Positions 10,193 to 20,774 of a DNA stretch of 64,000 bases are shown here, one piece after another. Position 1 is the stretch's first letter. Every line of letters starts with the position of its first letter. The notes under the pieces are model-generated. The model was not told where the DNA came from. It saw only the letters and a list, made by a program, of their open reading frames with translations, and searched no databases. Location: the NCBI GenBank assembly GCA_963765675.1, contig CAVXXK010000001.1, positions 1,120,001-1,184,000 of the forward strand. The letters are read 5' to 3'. Source of the DNA: an uncultured delta proteobacterium. Its GTDB lineage: Bacteria; Desulfobacterota; Binatia; Binatales; Binataceae. The translations under genes were made by a program, and so were the position numbers.

Positions 10193-12013
10193 TAGTCCTG
10201 AATCCTCACCGGGGCGCCCGCGGTCCCGTTCGGAGGAGTCGGGCCGCGACTGATCGTCAGCGTCGCCAAGTCGGCGCTGGGCTCATCGCTGGCCGGCCTC
10301 GGAAGAGCGCGCGGAATGAACTCGACCTGCCGCCTGCGCGGAACGCACGGCTTCACTTTGACGCGGGCGCGATCGAGTCCGGCGATGCAGAGATAGCCTT
10401 CCAGCTTCGGCAGCCGCTGGATCTCCGACGCCATCACCACTGGCTCGGTCCGGCGCGCAGGATGGAGGTTGATACCGGTTGCCGTGCTCGGCCGTGCTTA
10501 TTCCGATCTCCTCGCGCAGCGCCTCGCGCTCGCCGATCTGCCGCGCGATGAAGGTGGCGGTCTCGGGCTCATCCACCCGCAGCAGGAGCTTGGTCGAAGG
10601 CATCGAGGCGAGCACCGCAGCCTGCTCGTGGCCATAGATCCGGCGCAGCTGTGCGATGCTCTGGAACCCCAGCACGGCGGCGAGTCCGCGCTTGCGTCCG
10701 CGCGTTACCAGCGTCTCGAGCTTCGCCTGACGGCCAAGCACCGGCAGCTCGTCCACCACGATCCAGACCCTTCGGCGATCGCCAGCGGAGTTGAGCAGGC
10801 GGCCGACAATGAGGTCGAGCCAGAGGTTCGCGAGCGGCAGCGCCGCCGAGTTGGACTCGTCGCGCATGGTCACGAACAGCCATCCTTCGGGATGCTCGGC
10901 CCATTGGAGCGCGCTCCATGGCGGTCGTCCGTCAGACGGCGGCAGGTACAGGAATGGTCTGGTCGCGTTGGCGACCGTCGCGATAATGCCGGCGCCCTGC
11001 TCGTGCGCGCCGGGATCAATCAGGCTGTATGCGGGCGTGCCGGAGATGGCCTGCTTCAACTTGTCGCGATCGAGTTCGAGCAGCTTCGGGATGCTCTGCG
11101 GCTCTCGCGGCGTGGCGACCTGAAGCAGGCTTTCGAGCAGGGTCCGGCTGGATTGCCGGAAGAAGTGGTCCGACCCACTCTCGTATCCGCGCGGCGGTTC
11201 GGGAATGAGGGACGCCGCGAGCGTCGCCGCGTCAGCCTGGTAGTAGCGCTCGCTCAATTCCAGCCACGGCGACCAGTACGGACAGCGCTCATCGACCGGG
11301 TTCAGGATCAGGTCTCCGCGCGCGGGCCGATAAAATTCCGACAGGTATTCGCACTCGGGATCGACCACGATCGCGAGCTCTCCGCGAGCCTGGATCTGGC
11401 GCAGCAGCGAGCGGATCGCCATCGACTTCCCCGCTCCGGTCGCGCCCGTGATGAGGAAATGCTCGCACTCGATCGAGCGCGGAATGCGCACTCGGGCGAG
11501 TTCGACTCCCGCCCGTTCGCTCCGCAACTCGCTGCGGTGAAGTTCGCGTGAGAGCTGGCGGGGACGGATCAGACTGAGGCCTCGCAGATGCTTCCCCTCG
11601 GGACGATCTTCGGGATCGCGGAGCAAGAGATAGCCGAGCGCGACGAGAGTCAGGCTCGCCGGTACCGCGCCCCAAACGCTGTAAGAGGCGAACCACTCCC
11701 CGAACGAGCGCCCCGAATAGAAGCGCCAGTTCAGGTATGCGTACACGCTTCCAATCGTGCAGCGATGGCCGTGGTACGGCAGCGAGAGGAAGTAGAGTGG
11801 AAGCTTCTGGGTGAAGAGCCAGGCGAGGAACCAGCGTCCGAAGTATTGATGCGCGCCCGCCACCAGCCGGCCACTCCAATACCAGACGAAGAAGAGATCC
11901 GAAGCCGCCCAGACGAGGATCCAAAGCAGCAGAAACCGGAGCCACAGGCGCAGCAGCATCGCGGCTGAACCGCAACTCAATTCGTACCTGATGGCAGTTC
12001 GTGACCAATTCAT
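10192..12013 (-). CDS. Type IV coupling protein (TrwB/TraD-like), frameshift near 10475
   Basis: N-terminal TM helices, EHFLITGATGAGKS Walker A, VVDELP Walker B, GRKRG..LGFQSIAQL; C-terminal VMASEIQRLPKLEGYL in ORF 10192-10440. Confidence 0.9.
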
Positions 12014-12363
12014 ATCGTGGTTCTCCTGAGCCGCTGCATGTAGCGCTCGGCTTCCTGTTGCGCGGTCTGGCGGATCTGATCGGTAATTTCGGAGCCGACC
12101 TGATGATCGAGCAGATGCTGGAGGGTGAGCCGCGTGCGGGTGAGATCGAAGAGAATCTGGTCGAGGCTGCGCTGCTGGTTGGGTTCGCTGGCCCGCTCGT
12201 CAGGATGAGCGCCGCGATCTCCGGCGAAGTGCTCGGCGAGCACAGCACGGATCAATTTGCGCGGCGCAATTCCTCTGTCCCGCGCCGTCTTCTCGATCCG
12301 TTCCAACAGCTGCGGCGCCAGGCGGACGGTATATGGAATTTCCGGCATCGGACTGCTCTTCAT
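12010..12363 (-). CDS. Ribbon-helix-helix relaxosome accessory protein (TrwA-like)
   Basis: YTVRLAPQLLERIEKTARDRGIAPRKLIRAVL; first gene of a trwABC-like operon. Confidence 0.7.
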   Translation of the reverse strand: MKSSPMPEIPYTVRLAPQLLERIEKTARDRGIAPRKLIRAVLAEHFAGDRGAHPDERASEPNQQRSLDQILFDLTRTRLTLQHLLDHQVGSEITDQIRQTAQQEAERYMQRLRRTTI

Positions 12364-12600
12364 TTGTTCAAGGCGTACACGCCGTACACTTCAATGATTC
12401 CAAGGACTTAGGCTGACGTGCTTCGCGCGGACAGGCGCGCCGTACACGCTCTCGTGTACGAAGAAGCGCGCGCGACCAACGTCACTTTCCGCCGGTCCGT
12501 GTACGTTTCGGTACACTTCGTTCATCCAGAGGGATGAGTGACGTGTCATTCGTAAACACGTGCGCAGCACGTCAGCCGGCACCTCGATTAGAGAACTCAC
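12364..12600. promoter_or_regulatory. Candidate oriT / RHH-binding region
   Basis: Six (C/G)GTACAC or GTGTACG copies (~12374, 12383, 12441, 12454, 12499, 12510), direct and inverted, directly upstream of the mob operon. Confidence 0.55.
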
Positions 12601-12626
12601 GGTTGCACCTTCGCGCTGCCATTGGA

Positions 12627-12869
12627 TTAAGCCGGATTTACGACACAGCGCGGTTGGCTGTCAGCGGTGCGCAACCATGATTGGAATTCACGGTCAGCAT
12701 CGAGAAAGGCGTCGAGAATCTCTGGAATGAGCACCCGCATGTCCACAGTCTCGCCATGGACGTGCTCGTAATACTGCGCGTAACGTTCGAGGTTGGCGTT
12801 CAGGTCGCCGGTCAGCATGACCCGGACCTGGACGGAGCGAAGGGGTTTGGTGATGCGTGCGAGTTTCAT
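12627..12869 (-). CDS. DUF2274 family protein
   Basis: L...LERYAQYYEHVHGE.VD...LIPEILDAFLDADREF, typical of DUF2274 at the end of trb operons. Confidence 0.8.
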   Translation of the reverse strand: MKLARITKPLRSVQVRVMLTGDLNANLERYAQYYEHVHGETVDMRVLIPEILDAFLDADREFQSWLRTADSQPRCVVNPA

Positions 12870-12913
12870 GTTGAACCTCCAAAACTGCGGAGTTTGAGTG
12901 ACTTCGAATTGAG

Positions 12914-13228
12914 TCAGGGGAAGACGTAATTCAACAGGTGGACGACAAGGAGAGCGATGCAGCCGCCGATTCCGGATCCGGCCAGCCGGCGCGCCTGCTC
13001 GTCGTACCCTCCAAGCGCGTAGAGGATTCCCGCGAGAGCAAACGCCAGCACGATGATCGCTGGCGCCATAGAATCAATCATGAAGTTCTGCAAGACAATC
13101 AGCGTCCGGTCCCACGGCAATCCGTCAGCAGTCGGACCGGCCAAGCAAGGACCTGCTGAGAGCAAGAAGGCGGACGCCACAGCAGTGGTCACAAGTCTGA
13201 TTGATGTGCGTGGGAATGATCGTTTCAT
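12914..13228 (-). CDS. trbC: TrbC/VirB2 family pilin
   Basis: Signal peptide then GLPWDRTL..LQN...APAIIVLAFALAG, two hydrophobic helices. Confidence 0.78.
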   Translation of the reverse strand: MKRSFPRTSIRLVTTAVASAFLLSAGPCLAGPTADGLPWDRTLIVLQNFMIDSMAPAIIVLAFALAGILYALGGYDEQARRLAGSGIGGCIALLVVHLLNYVFP

Positions 13229-13267
13229 CGCGGTTCCTTGTCCATCGAATGTTTCGGTGTTGACTGA

Positions 13268-13726
<459 letters not shown>

Positions 13727-13759
13727 GGCTTTTTCTTCATCACACGAGAGTGCTCAAGC

Positions 13760-14723
13760 TTATACAGGCCGCGCTCGTGCCACATTCATGAATTTTCCGT
13801 TCGCGACACGGCGCGCTCGGAAAATTTCGGCGACCCCTAGAAGGCGCAATTTGCTGCGATCTCCTTCGAACAGAGCCGGATGGGCCAGCAGGGCTTCTAT
13901 ACCTGCGCGGGACAGCGGCTGCAGCCAGATCGGCCAGACGAAAAACCATCCGTCACTTTCGCGAGTAGCTCCGACAACTTGCATTCGGCTCGCACGGGAT
14001 GCGGTCGAGAACGACAGAAACCCGATGGCGGCGAGACGATTCGCGCCGACCACCGTCGGCGCCGCGCCGGCGAGGCTGGGGTCATCGTATCTGAGCGCGT
14101 AGCGCTGATCGTCTTCGGGATCCCAACGGAATCCGTCCGCATCATCCTCGCGCCGCCAGGGCTGGAATAACGCTTCGGCGATTCTAGCGGCTTCGGTGAA
14201 ATCCGGAGGCGACTTGAGCTTCTGCAGGCGATTCGGAAGGCTGCCGCGCGCCACGTCGACCAGCCGTTCCAGAAAATTCTGATGTCCTTGTCCGAACATC
14301 ATTACCAAAGGCGCCGCAGAGAGGCGGCCGTCTTTTTTCTGGAGCTTCTGGGGCCACTCCGCCGTCAACGCCGAGGCGAGGGCGGCTCCAACGGATTTCT
14401 TCTGCATGCGAGTGGCGTATGAACGATAATCCTCGGCGGTAAAATCAACGTTCGTACGTTGATCAACGTCGAAATGCTGAGTGAGCTCCGCAAGTCCTTC
14501 ATTCGCCGCCTGCGCGATCTCTATCTGCTCCGGAAAAGCGGCGAGGTGTAACTGTGCCGCCCACGGCGGACCCTTCAGGAGATGCGCGGCTGCCAATCGG
14601 GCCGTGCGGTTTCGAGCGCGTGAAGAAGTCCGAGCAGCGCCAGAATGCTAATAGATTATCGGGTTCGAGGCCCGGCATCGGAAGCGATTGCGTGTCGCCT
14701 GCGGGATCGAGCGGCGTCATCAT
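13760..14723 (-). CDS. Type I-G large subunit Cas8g2/Csb3-like (two apparent single-base deletions near 14645 and 14578)
   Basis: ATGA-coupled to cas3; GLEPDNLLAF[L]ALLGLL...; RWDPEDDQRYALR, TVVGANRLAAIG, FVWPIW motifs. Confidence 0.75.
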
Positions 14724-17656
14724 GGTCGATCCTCGTCCTGTTCCGCCTCCGACCGGCGATGGTCGGCCAGACGCAATATCGCTTCGAGCCGCGCCAGGCC
14801 CCAAACGCTATAGCGGCGCTTGAGGCGTTCGGAGATATCGAGCCACGCCGCTGTCAGGTCGGCCAGTGAACGCGCGGGCTTGGAGACGATCGTGCCGTCC
14901 CCGAGATCGGTTGCGAAAGTTTCTCCCTCGCCCGGCCATTCACGTTCGGGCGACGGAAAGAACGGCCGGCCGTGGCCATGATGGGTTCCGATCAGCCAAA
15001 GAATAAGATCGGGATCGTTGGCGAGGCCGAAACGCGGATGCGCTTCTGCAAAGCGCAGCGAGGCGACCTCGTGGCGCGCTCCTTTTGGTAGACCGGCGCG
15101 GATACGCACCTCTTCCCAGGCGCGCGGACTGTCCGGCAGCTTGGCCAGCTTGGCGCTTTTGGCGAGGTCGGGTCCGAAAGTTGCGGCGATTTCGTCTGCG
15201 CCATAGAGCATGAGCTTGAAGTTAGGCTGCGCCTTTCCTGCATCATGAAGATAAGCGGCCAGAATCAGATCCTCCGCGACGCCGGAAGGCAAACCGGCCT
15301 GTTTGGCGAAGCGGCCCGCGTAACTCTCGACGCCCTTGGAATGCTCGCCAAGAGTGATGCTTTTTTGCGGACCGGCGCGGAGGCTTTCATCGTCTTCTGT
15401 AACGGCGTCGCCGCCAGAATCGCTTTGTGTTTTTCTGCGAAGGCTTAGCAGCTTGCGCTCGATGGCCAGCGGTCTTCCGTTCGACGCTCGGATAACCCGC
15501 GGCTTCGTAAAATCGGCTTCGTCAGTTCCTTCGGAATATTTTCCAAATTGATCGAGGATCACTTTGGCGGGCCAATCGGTCATTTCGGCAGTCGAACCGG
15601 CCTTCTGCTCGCTTAGTTCAGCTTTCGTAAGCCTGAAAATGTCTCGGCCACGTTGCTGAAGATTGGCTTTGCGCGCCAAGTCCTTAACTCGGTCTTTCGA
15701 TCCTGGCGCCCATCCCCACCGATCGCACCCGCCGCGCGACGCCGGAACGACGATTATGTCGCCCGGCCGCAGATCGCCCGCGATTAACTCGGTGCCTTTG
15801 TCGCTCTTGCCGCGCCACCGAAGCGCCTTGCATGGTCGCGACGAAAAACGCTGCGCCGACTCCTCGATCCCAGCCTCTACGTCCGCGAGCTCGCCAGCCG
15901 GTTGTCCGCGCAACCATCGCCGAGCCTCGGCTATCGGAACCGAAACCGCCTCCAGGCTGGACGGTGGGCAAACCGCGATGCGCTCTCGCCAGACCTCCTG
16001 TTTTTGTCCTTCATCGACCTCATCATCGAGATCGGCGCGCCATACGATTTCCACATCCGGTGGGCCGCTTTCCGGACCGTGCAGATACAGAGACACCTCC
16101 GGATCGGCGGCTGGTCTCGGCGAGGTGCGGCTCCAGAATTCGATCGCGCTCGGCAGCAAAACCGGAGCATCCTTTCGCGGAGCCAGACACGACGCCAGCG
16201 CTCCGCCTTGCGGAACCCAGGCGGCGGAACGCTCGATGCCAAAATCGATAACGTGCCGAGCTGCGTTGCCTCGATCCTGCACTTCGCTGTTTTCCATCAA
16301 AAGATTCCAGGTGGATTGCGAGGCGTGGCCATAGATTGGATCGGGCGGTGCACTTTTCCGGATCTGATCCGGAGACGCAATGATCGCGGCTCGCGCGTCT
16401 ATGTCGCGGCCCATGCGGTTGAGACGGCCGAAGCGTTGGCGGAGGCAATCCAACGGAGCGATTTCAGTGATCAAGGCGTCGAAATCCAAATCGGCACCCG
16501 CCTCTATGCACTGCGTGGCAACGACGAGCAGGGGAGCGGTTCGAGGTTTTCTTCCTGGCCCCGCCTGGACAAAAGGCAGCAGCCCGCGCGTGATTTCATC
16601 GCGATCGAGATCGCGCGTGCGGCCGATCAGCAAGGCGGCTTCCGGCGAGGAAAGCGAATCCTCCTGACACTCTGCCTCCGGGAACGGGCGCGCGACATTC
16701 TTTAGCAACGTCTCGAACACCAGACGCGCCCGTTTCACGCGATTTACGACCACAGCAACAACGCTGCCGCCACCGATCCTGGTGGCGAGTTCCCAAGCCT
16801 TGTCGGCCAACTCGCCTGGTAGAGCGGCCTCGCTCGCCTTCGTTTCGATCAGTTCGGCGGGCTTTGAGGCGCGCAGCCGCTTGCCGAGCCGCGAATTGCC
16901 ACGATCCTCGTCTGCGATCCGGAACGGGTGTTCGGCAGGCTCGCCGCGAGTATTCTCCGCATACGTCGCGGAAAGAGTCACGATGCCAAACGGCGCGGCA
17001 GCGGCATCCCCGCTCCATGGCTGCTTTCGAAAGATCAAAGTGTCGCGCGCCGTCTGAACAAACGGCTGAGAAAGATGCGCTTCATCGAGCAGGAGAAGCG
17101 TATCGCAGCCGAGCAGTCCCGCATGAATCGGCTTCATCGAATCCGAAACTCCATAGCCTCGGAACAGGAGCCGAGATCCAACCTGGTCCACAGTCGAAAC
17201 GACCACCGTGGGTTGCGCCGGGGTGCGCACCCAATCAGGTTCCTTGGGCATGCCGCCGCGCAGCCTCGCGACCGCGAGCGGATGGTCCTCGTCTTCGGCA
17301 AGAAAGCGCAGTCGGTCGGCGACGCGTCTCAGAACTCCTTCTTTCGCTTCCGCAAGCTTCGTTGCAATCATTTGCGCGCGGCCATAGGCGTCATCAACGA
17401 TCAGGCGTCGATCGACCACGAACAGGATCCGCACGGCGGCGTGGCGTTCGGCGCCGCGCGTTGCTTCCAGTGCCAAGTGAAACACCGCAACATCGATCGC
17501 GGCCGTCTTGCCGGCACCGGTTGGAATATCGAGGGCCCGGGGCCATCCTTCCGCGAAAACCCTCTGTGCCAGCCGCTCCTGCCAGGGAAAAGGCACCAAG
17601 CCATGCAGTTCACTGAAAAATTCGCGAAATTCGTCCGGGCGAAGATCAGGATTCAA
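14720..17656 (-). CDS. cas3: Type I-G Cas3 helicase with C-terminal HD nuclease
   Basis: PFPWQ, PTGAGKT, VDRRLIVD, STVDQVGSRLLFRGYG, DEAH, QRFGRLNR; C-terminal LHDAGK, RHE, HHG, LRLAD. Confidence 0.95.
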   Translation of the reverse strand: MNPDLRPDEFREFFSELHGLVPFPWQERLAQRVFAEGWPRALDIPTGAGKTAAIDVAVFHLALEATRGAERHAAVRILFVVDRRLIVDDAYGRAQMIATKLAEAKEGVLRRVADRLRFLAEDEDHPLAVARLRGGMPKEPDWVRTPAQPTVVVSTVDQVGSRLLFRGYGVSDSMKPIHAGLLGCDTLLLLDEAHLSQPFVQTARDTLIFRKQPWSGDAAAAPFGIVTLSATYAENTRGEPAEHPFRIADEDRGNSRLGKRLRASKPAELIETKASEAALPGELADKAWELATRIGGGSVVAVVVNRVKRARLVFETLLKNVARPFPEAECQEDSLSSPEAALLIGRTRDLDRDEITRGLLPFVQAGPGRKPRTAPLLVVATQCIEAGADLDFDALITEIAPLDCLRQRFGRLNRMGRDIDARAAIIASPDQIRKSAPPDPIYGHASQSTWNLLMENSEVQDRGNAARHVIDFGIERSAAWVPQGGALASCLAPRKDAPVLLPSAIEFWSRTSPRPAADPEVSLYLHGPESGPPDVEIVWRADLDDEVDEGQKQEVWRERIAVCPPSSLEAVSVPIAEARRWLRGQPAGELADVEAGIEESAQRFSSRPCKALRWRGKSDKGTELIAGDLRPGDIIVVPASRGGCDRWGWAPGSKDRVKDLARKANLQQRGRDIFRLTKAELSEQKAGSTAEMTDWPAKVILDQFGKYSEGTDEADFTKPRVIRASNGRPLAIERKLLSLRRKTQSDSGGDAVTEDDESLRAGPQKSITLGEHSKGVESYAGRFAKQAGLPSGVAEDLILAAYLHDAGKAQPNFKLMLYGADEIAATFGPDLAKSAKLAKLPDSPRAWEEVRIRAGLPKGARHEVASLRFAEAHPRFGLANDPDLILWLIGTHHGHGRPFFPSPEREWPGEGETFATDLGDGTIVSKPARSLADLTAAWLDISERLKRRYSVWGLARLEAILRLADHRRSEAEQDEDRP

Positions 17657-19113
17657 AAGTCTCGCTCCTCAGCCAGCGGCAGGCACAGACCAAAACCGTG
17701 AAAGCGACCGGCACCGATGAGCACGGGACCCTCGACCGGCTCGGGGAATCTCAGGATCACATGGCGGCGCGGCCGGCTGGCGAACTTTGCGCCGTCGGGG
17801 AAGCTCCAGTCAGGTCCGGGACGTTTTCCGCCCGGCGAGTACGCCGATGGAGCGCCCTGCACGGCGGGATGCTTGTGAATCTCGATCTCCACGGGCTCGG
17901 GCAGTCCGATATTGCCGCAGGCTGCGGCAATCAGGCGACCCTCTTCTATCGGATCTCCATGATCGGGATATCGGTCCAGGAGCACGGGTGTGGCGCTGGC
18001 CCACGAGATGGCGGCCCGGCACCAACGTTCGGGCTTGAGAGAGGCGCGCGATGGTGTAACCGTACGCTCGACGCGCCAGAGCATTGTGGAGGAGAGGCGC
18101 AACTCCGCATACGCCTCGCTGTCCTCATTGACAGGTGCAAATCCTCCGAGCGCGCGTAGAACGCGGTTCCGGTCAGTACCCTCCGCAGTGCGCGGCAGGA
18201 TAACCGCGAAGCCAAGCAAATCCCCTGTTGCATGAGACCATCCAACATTGGCAAGGGGAACGATCGCGAGATGCGGCCTGGAACTAGCTTCACCGCCGGG
18301 CGTATGACCCGAGATGATCTCCGGGCTCGGTTGCGGTCCATGCTTCATCAAGGAAGCGCGTACGCACTTCGCCACGTGCGCAAAAGCCAAGAGATCGGGG
18401 CGAACACCGCCCGCGTCTTCGAATACGAACCAATCCTGCGCGGCGCCGAAAACGCTTTTGGTCGCCTGCGTCGGCGGTGGCGGCTCGGGTTCGAGGTAAC
18501 GGATCGACATGCCGCTTTGCGGCCGCTCGTCTTTAGAGAGCCAGTCTTCCAGGCGCCGCAAACGACCGGGATGTGCGACTCGCAGCGCGACGTTTCCATC
18601 GGTGTCAGGGTGCCAGAGCAGCGAGCCGTCTTCCGTCGCATCGATGAAGGCGAAACGAACTAGGGAAGCAGAATGCCCGAGGCTCGCAACGCGATGGGCC
18701 AGAGCCTCAAGCGCAGTTCGGTGCTCGGACTGGCCGGGCGCTTCGTGCCAGATCAATCTAACGGTCGAATGGACCGGAATCGCGACCTGAAAGTTGCGGG
18801 CTTGCCGGGACCTGCGGTCGGGGAGCAGAGCAATCCTGTCCTTATCTCTGGGCGAATCGTTCGGCGGAACAAAAACCGTTGGTGTCGAGCGTTGGTCGCA
18901 GCCCCGCATCGGATCAGCTTCTATGCGGGGTGCGGTAAGAGATTCCAGCCATTCAAGGGCCGCGCGCTCCTTGACATCACACCCGCCGTAACCCCAAGCC
19001 TGCACCAATGCCGAGAACGCGCGCTCCGGATGCGGCGGCCATTCCGCGGCAGAATTGTCCGGCAACGCGGCGCGGTAAACGCCGGTGAGCAACTCGATTT
19101 CGAGTGCAAGCAT
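17653..19113 (-). CDS. csb2: Type I-G Csb2 (Cas5/Cas6 fusion)
   Basis: EWPPHPERAFSALV, SLGHSAS, WASATP, C-terminal GPVLIGAGRFHGFGLC glycine loop. Confidence 0.93.
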   Translation of the reverse strand: MLALEIELLTGVYRAALPDNSAAEWPPHPERAFSALVQAWGYGGCDVKERAALEWLESLTAPRIEADPMRGCDQRSTPTVFVPPNDSPRDKDRIALLPDRRSRQARNFQVAIPVHSTVRLIWHEAPGQSEHRTALEALAHRVASLGHSASLVRFAFIDATEDGSLLWHPDTDGNVALRVAHPGRLRRLEDWLSKDERPQSGMSIRYLEPEPPPPTQATKSVFGAAQDWFVFEDAGGVRPDLLAFAHVAKCVRASLMKHGPQPSPEIISGHTPGGEASSRPHLAIVPLANVGWSHATGDLLGFAVILPRTAEGTDRNRVLRALGGFAPVNEDSEAYAELRLSSTMLWRVERTVTPSRASLKPERWCRAAISWASATPVLLDRYPDHGDPIEEGRLIAAACGNIGLPEPVEIEIHKHPAVQGAPSAYSPGGKRPGPDWSFPDGAKFASRPRRHVILRFPEPVEGPVLIGAGRFHGFGLCLPLAEERDF

Positions 19114-19119
19114 CGCGCG

Positions 19120-20409
19120 TCATTCCTTCGCGGGCTCGGCGTCCGTTTCCTCTTCGGCTTTTCCCTGGAGAGCCAATTCGCGGCTCGCGCTGACCAGTTG
19201 CACCAGCTTCGCTTGCGGCTTCAGAACAAGATCCTCCTCGTTCCAGCCGAGTCCCGCAGCCCTCGCAGCCCCAACGGCCTCGGTCGCCAAACGGGTAGCC
19301 TGGCCGAAATCGAGGTCCACCATTTCGATGGCGCCGTTGGTATCGATGATTTCGAAGCCGGGCGCGGAATTCCCCTCAGGGATAAGATCGCATCGCGAGC
19401 GCAGAAAATATCCATTGCGATCCTGCGCGGCGACGGCGGCAAGGCCTAAGGCGGCCAGTGCAGTCTGCGCCGCCCAATCCGCAGCCAAACCGCTGGAACC
19501 GGCCACGAAGCGCAAGCGGCGCAAGGCCGCGAAAGAAAGCACGAAGCTATGCAGCACGTAGTCGACGCTGACTCCGAGTAATGCAACGGTCGGCGCGATA
19601 TTGGAATGATTGATCTCCGACGGCCTCACTTCCTTTGGCGCATCTTTACCCTTTTTCTCTTTCGGCGGCTCGAGAGACCAATCACCGTTTGGAAATTTGT
19701 AGACCGTTATGCCGCTTCGGATGCCGAGCGGATCGATACGGCTGCCCGTCCGCTTTCCCGAAGGTTGGTCAAGCACTTCAAGCTCGCCGGTACGGCGATT
19801 GAGGAACGGTTCGCGCTCCGTTGCCACTCCGACGCCAACGATCTCCGATACGACGCAGCGAGGAAACTTAGCGCCGAGACCGCCGCCTTCTGAGGTTGAA
19901 TTCCAAGCGCCGAATACCAGCGCGGTCGGCGAAAGCTCATAGACAGCGCGCGCATTGTTTGATTTTGCTTCTGTGAGACGGCGACCTTGTTCTGTCTCCC
20001 GGAAGCGGATGCCGTTCAGTTCGGAATCCCGGATGATCGCGTCGAAAACACGATGCGGCGCATCGAGCGTGGTGATGCGGCCGATGTCAGCAACCTCGGT
20101 GTTCGAAAAATCGACGGTGATCATTGGGAAGTTAAGAGCGCCCGTCTCCCGCGCGACCTTCAGCGCCTCCTCTAGGCGGTTAGCCTGACTCTGCACGCTG
20201 TCGATCAATACGCAGAGCACATTCTCGCCCCCGATTCGTCGCCGCTCGAAGACATGGCGCGGCGGCACATTACGGCCGCCACGGTCACCTGGATAGGTTG
20301 GCGGGAAGATCTTGTCGCCGGGGCCGCCAGTAGGCTGTAGCTTCCGAACGCGCCGGATTGCGGCCGCGTTCGCAACTGAGGTGCGCAATTTTTCCAATGT
20401 AACGATCAT
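19120..20409 (-). CDS. csb1: Type I-G Cas7 (Csb1/Cas7g)
   Basis: KIFPPTY, LIDSVQSQANRLEEAL, APHRVFDA, SPTALVFGAWNS, LRSRCDL. Confidence 0.93.
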   Translation of the reverse strand: MIVTLEKLRTSVANAAAIRRVRKLQPTGGPGDKIFPPTYPGDRGGRNVPPRHVFERRRIGGENVLCVLIDSVQSQANRLEEALKVARETGALNFPMITVDFSNTEVADIGRITTLDAPHRVFDAIIRDSELNGIRFRETEQGRRLTEAKSNNARAVYELSPTALVFGAWNSTSEGGGLGAKFPRCVVSEIVGVGVATEREPFLNRRTGELEVLDQPSGKRTGSRIDPLGIRSGITVYKFPNGDWSLEPPKEKKGKDAPKEVRPSEINHSNIAPTVALLGVSVDYVLHSFVLSFAALRRLRFVAGSSGLAADWAAQTALAALGLAAVAAQDRNGYFLRSRCDLIPEGNSAPGFEIIDTNGAIEMVDLDFGQATRLATEAVGAARAAGLGWNEEDLVLKPQAKLVQLVSASRELALQGKAEEETDAEPAKE

Positions 20410-20695
20410 CGGTATTCTCCTCTGCGGCTACTTTCGAGAGCCAACCTCGGCGATGGGGCTTCGTGAGCGCATCAGCGTTTTCGAAAGGCTGCTCGCCATC
20501 GCGTGTGATTTCCAAGAAACGCGATTCGGATTGAGTTAACTCGACGATTTCGCGAGCGGAATAACGGCGGGAATGAATCGCCCGCTCATTTATGGTTACG
20601 CGGTCGTTCGTTATAAGGAATCTAAGAGTGATCTGCGCCATGTGTTTTCTCGCCGCATGGTTACAAAGATGCGTGAGATTTACCAGTCCTTTTTT

Positions 20696-20734
20696 GCGAA
20701 TGCAACCCCCGCCCTTACCCACCCCTGATTGGAA
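20696..20734 (-). promoter_or_regulatory. Self protospacer with TTC PAM overlapping putative csb1-operon promoter
   Basis: Minus strand TTC-CAATCAGGGGTGGGTA matches crlRNA spacer at 14 of first 16 nt; TTGCAT -35-like hexamer at 20705-20700. Confidence 0.7.
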
Positions 20735-20739
20735 AGAGA

Positions 20740-20768
20740 TTGATTCTGGCGTATGGGCCTGCTAGCTT
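20740..20768 (+). promoter_or_regulatory. Sigma70-type promoter of the CRISPR-like RNA
   Basis: TTGATT-17 bp-TAGCTT with TG extension. Confidence 0.6.
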
Positions 20769-20774
20769 TAAGTT

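Noticed and set aside
10469-11551. Long antisense ORFs (also 22093-22992, 53984-54925, 60022-61041)
   Set aside because: Shadow frames of GC-rich real genes with no recognisable motifs.
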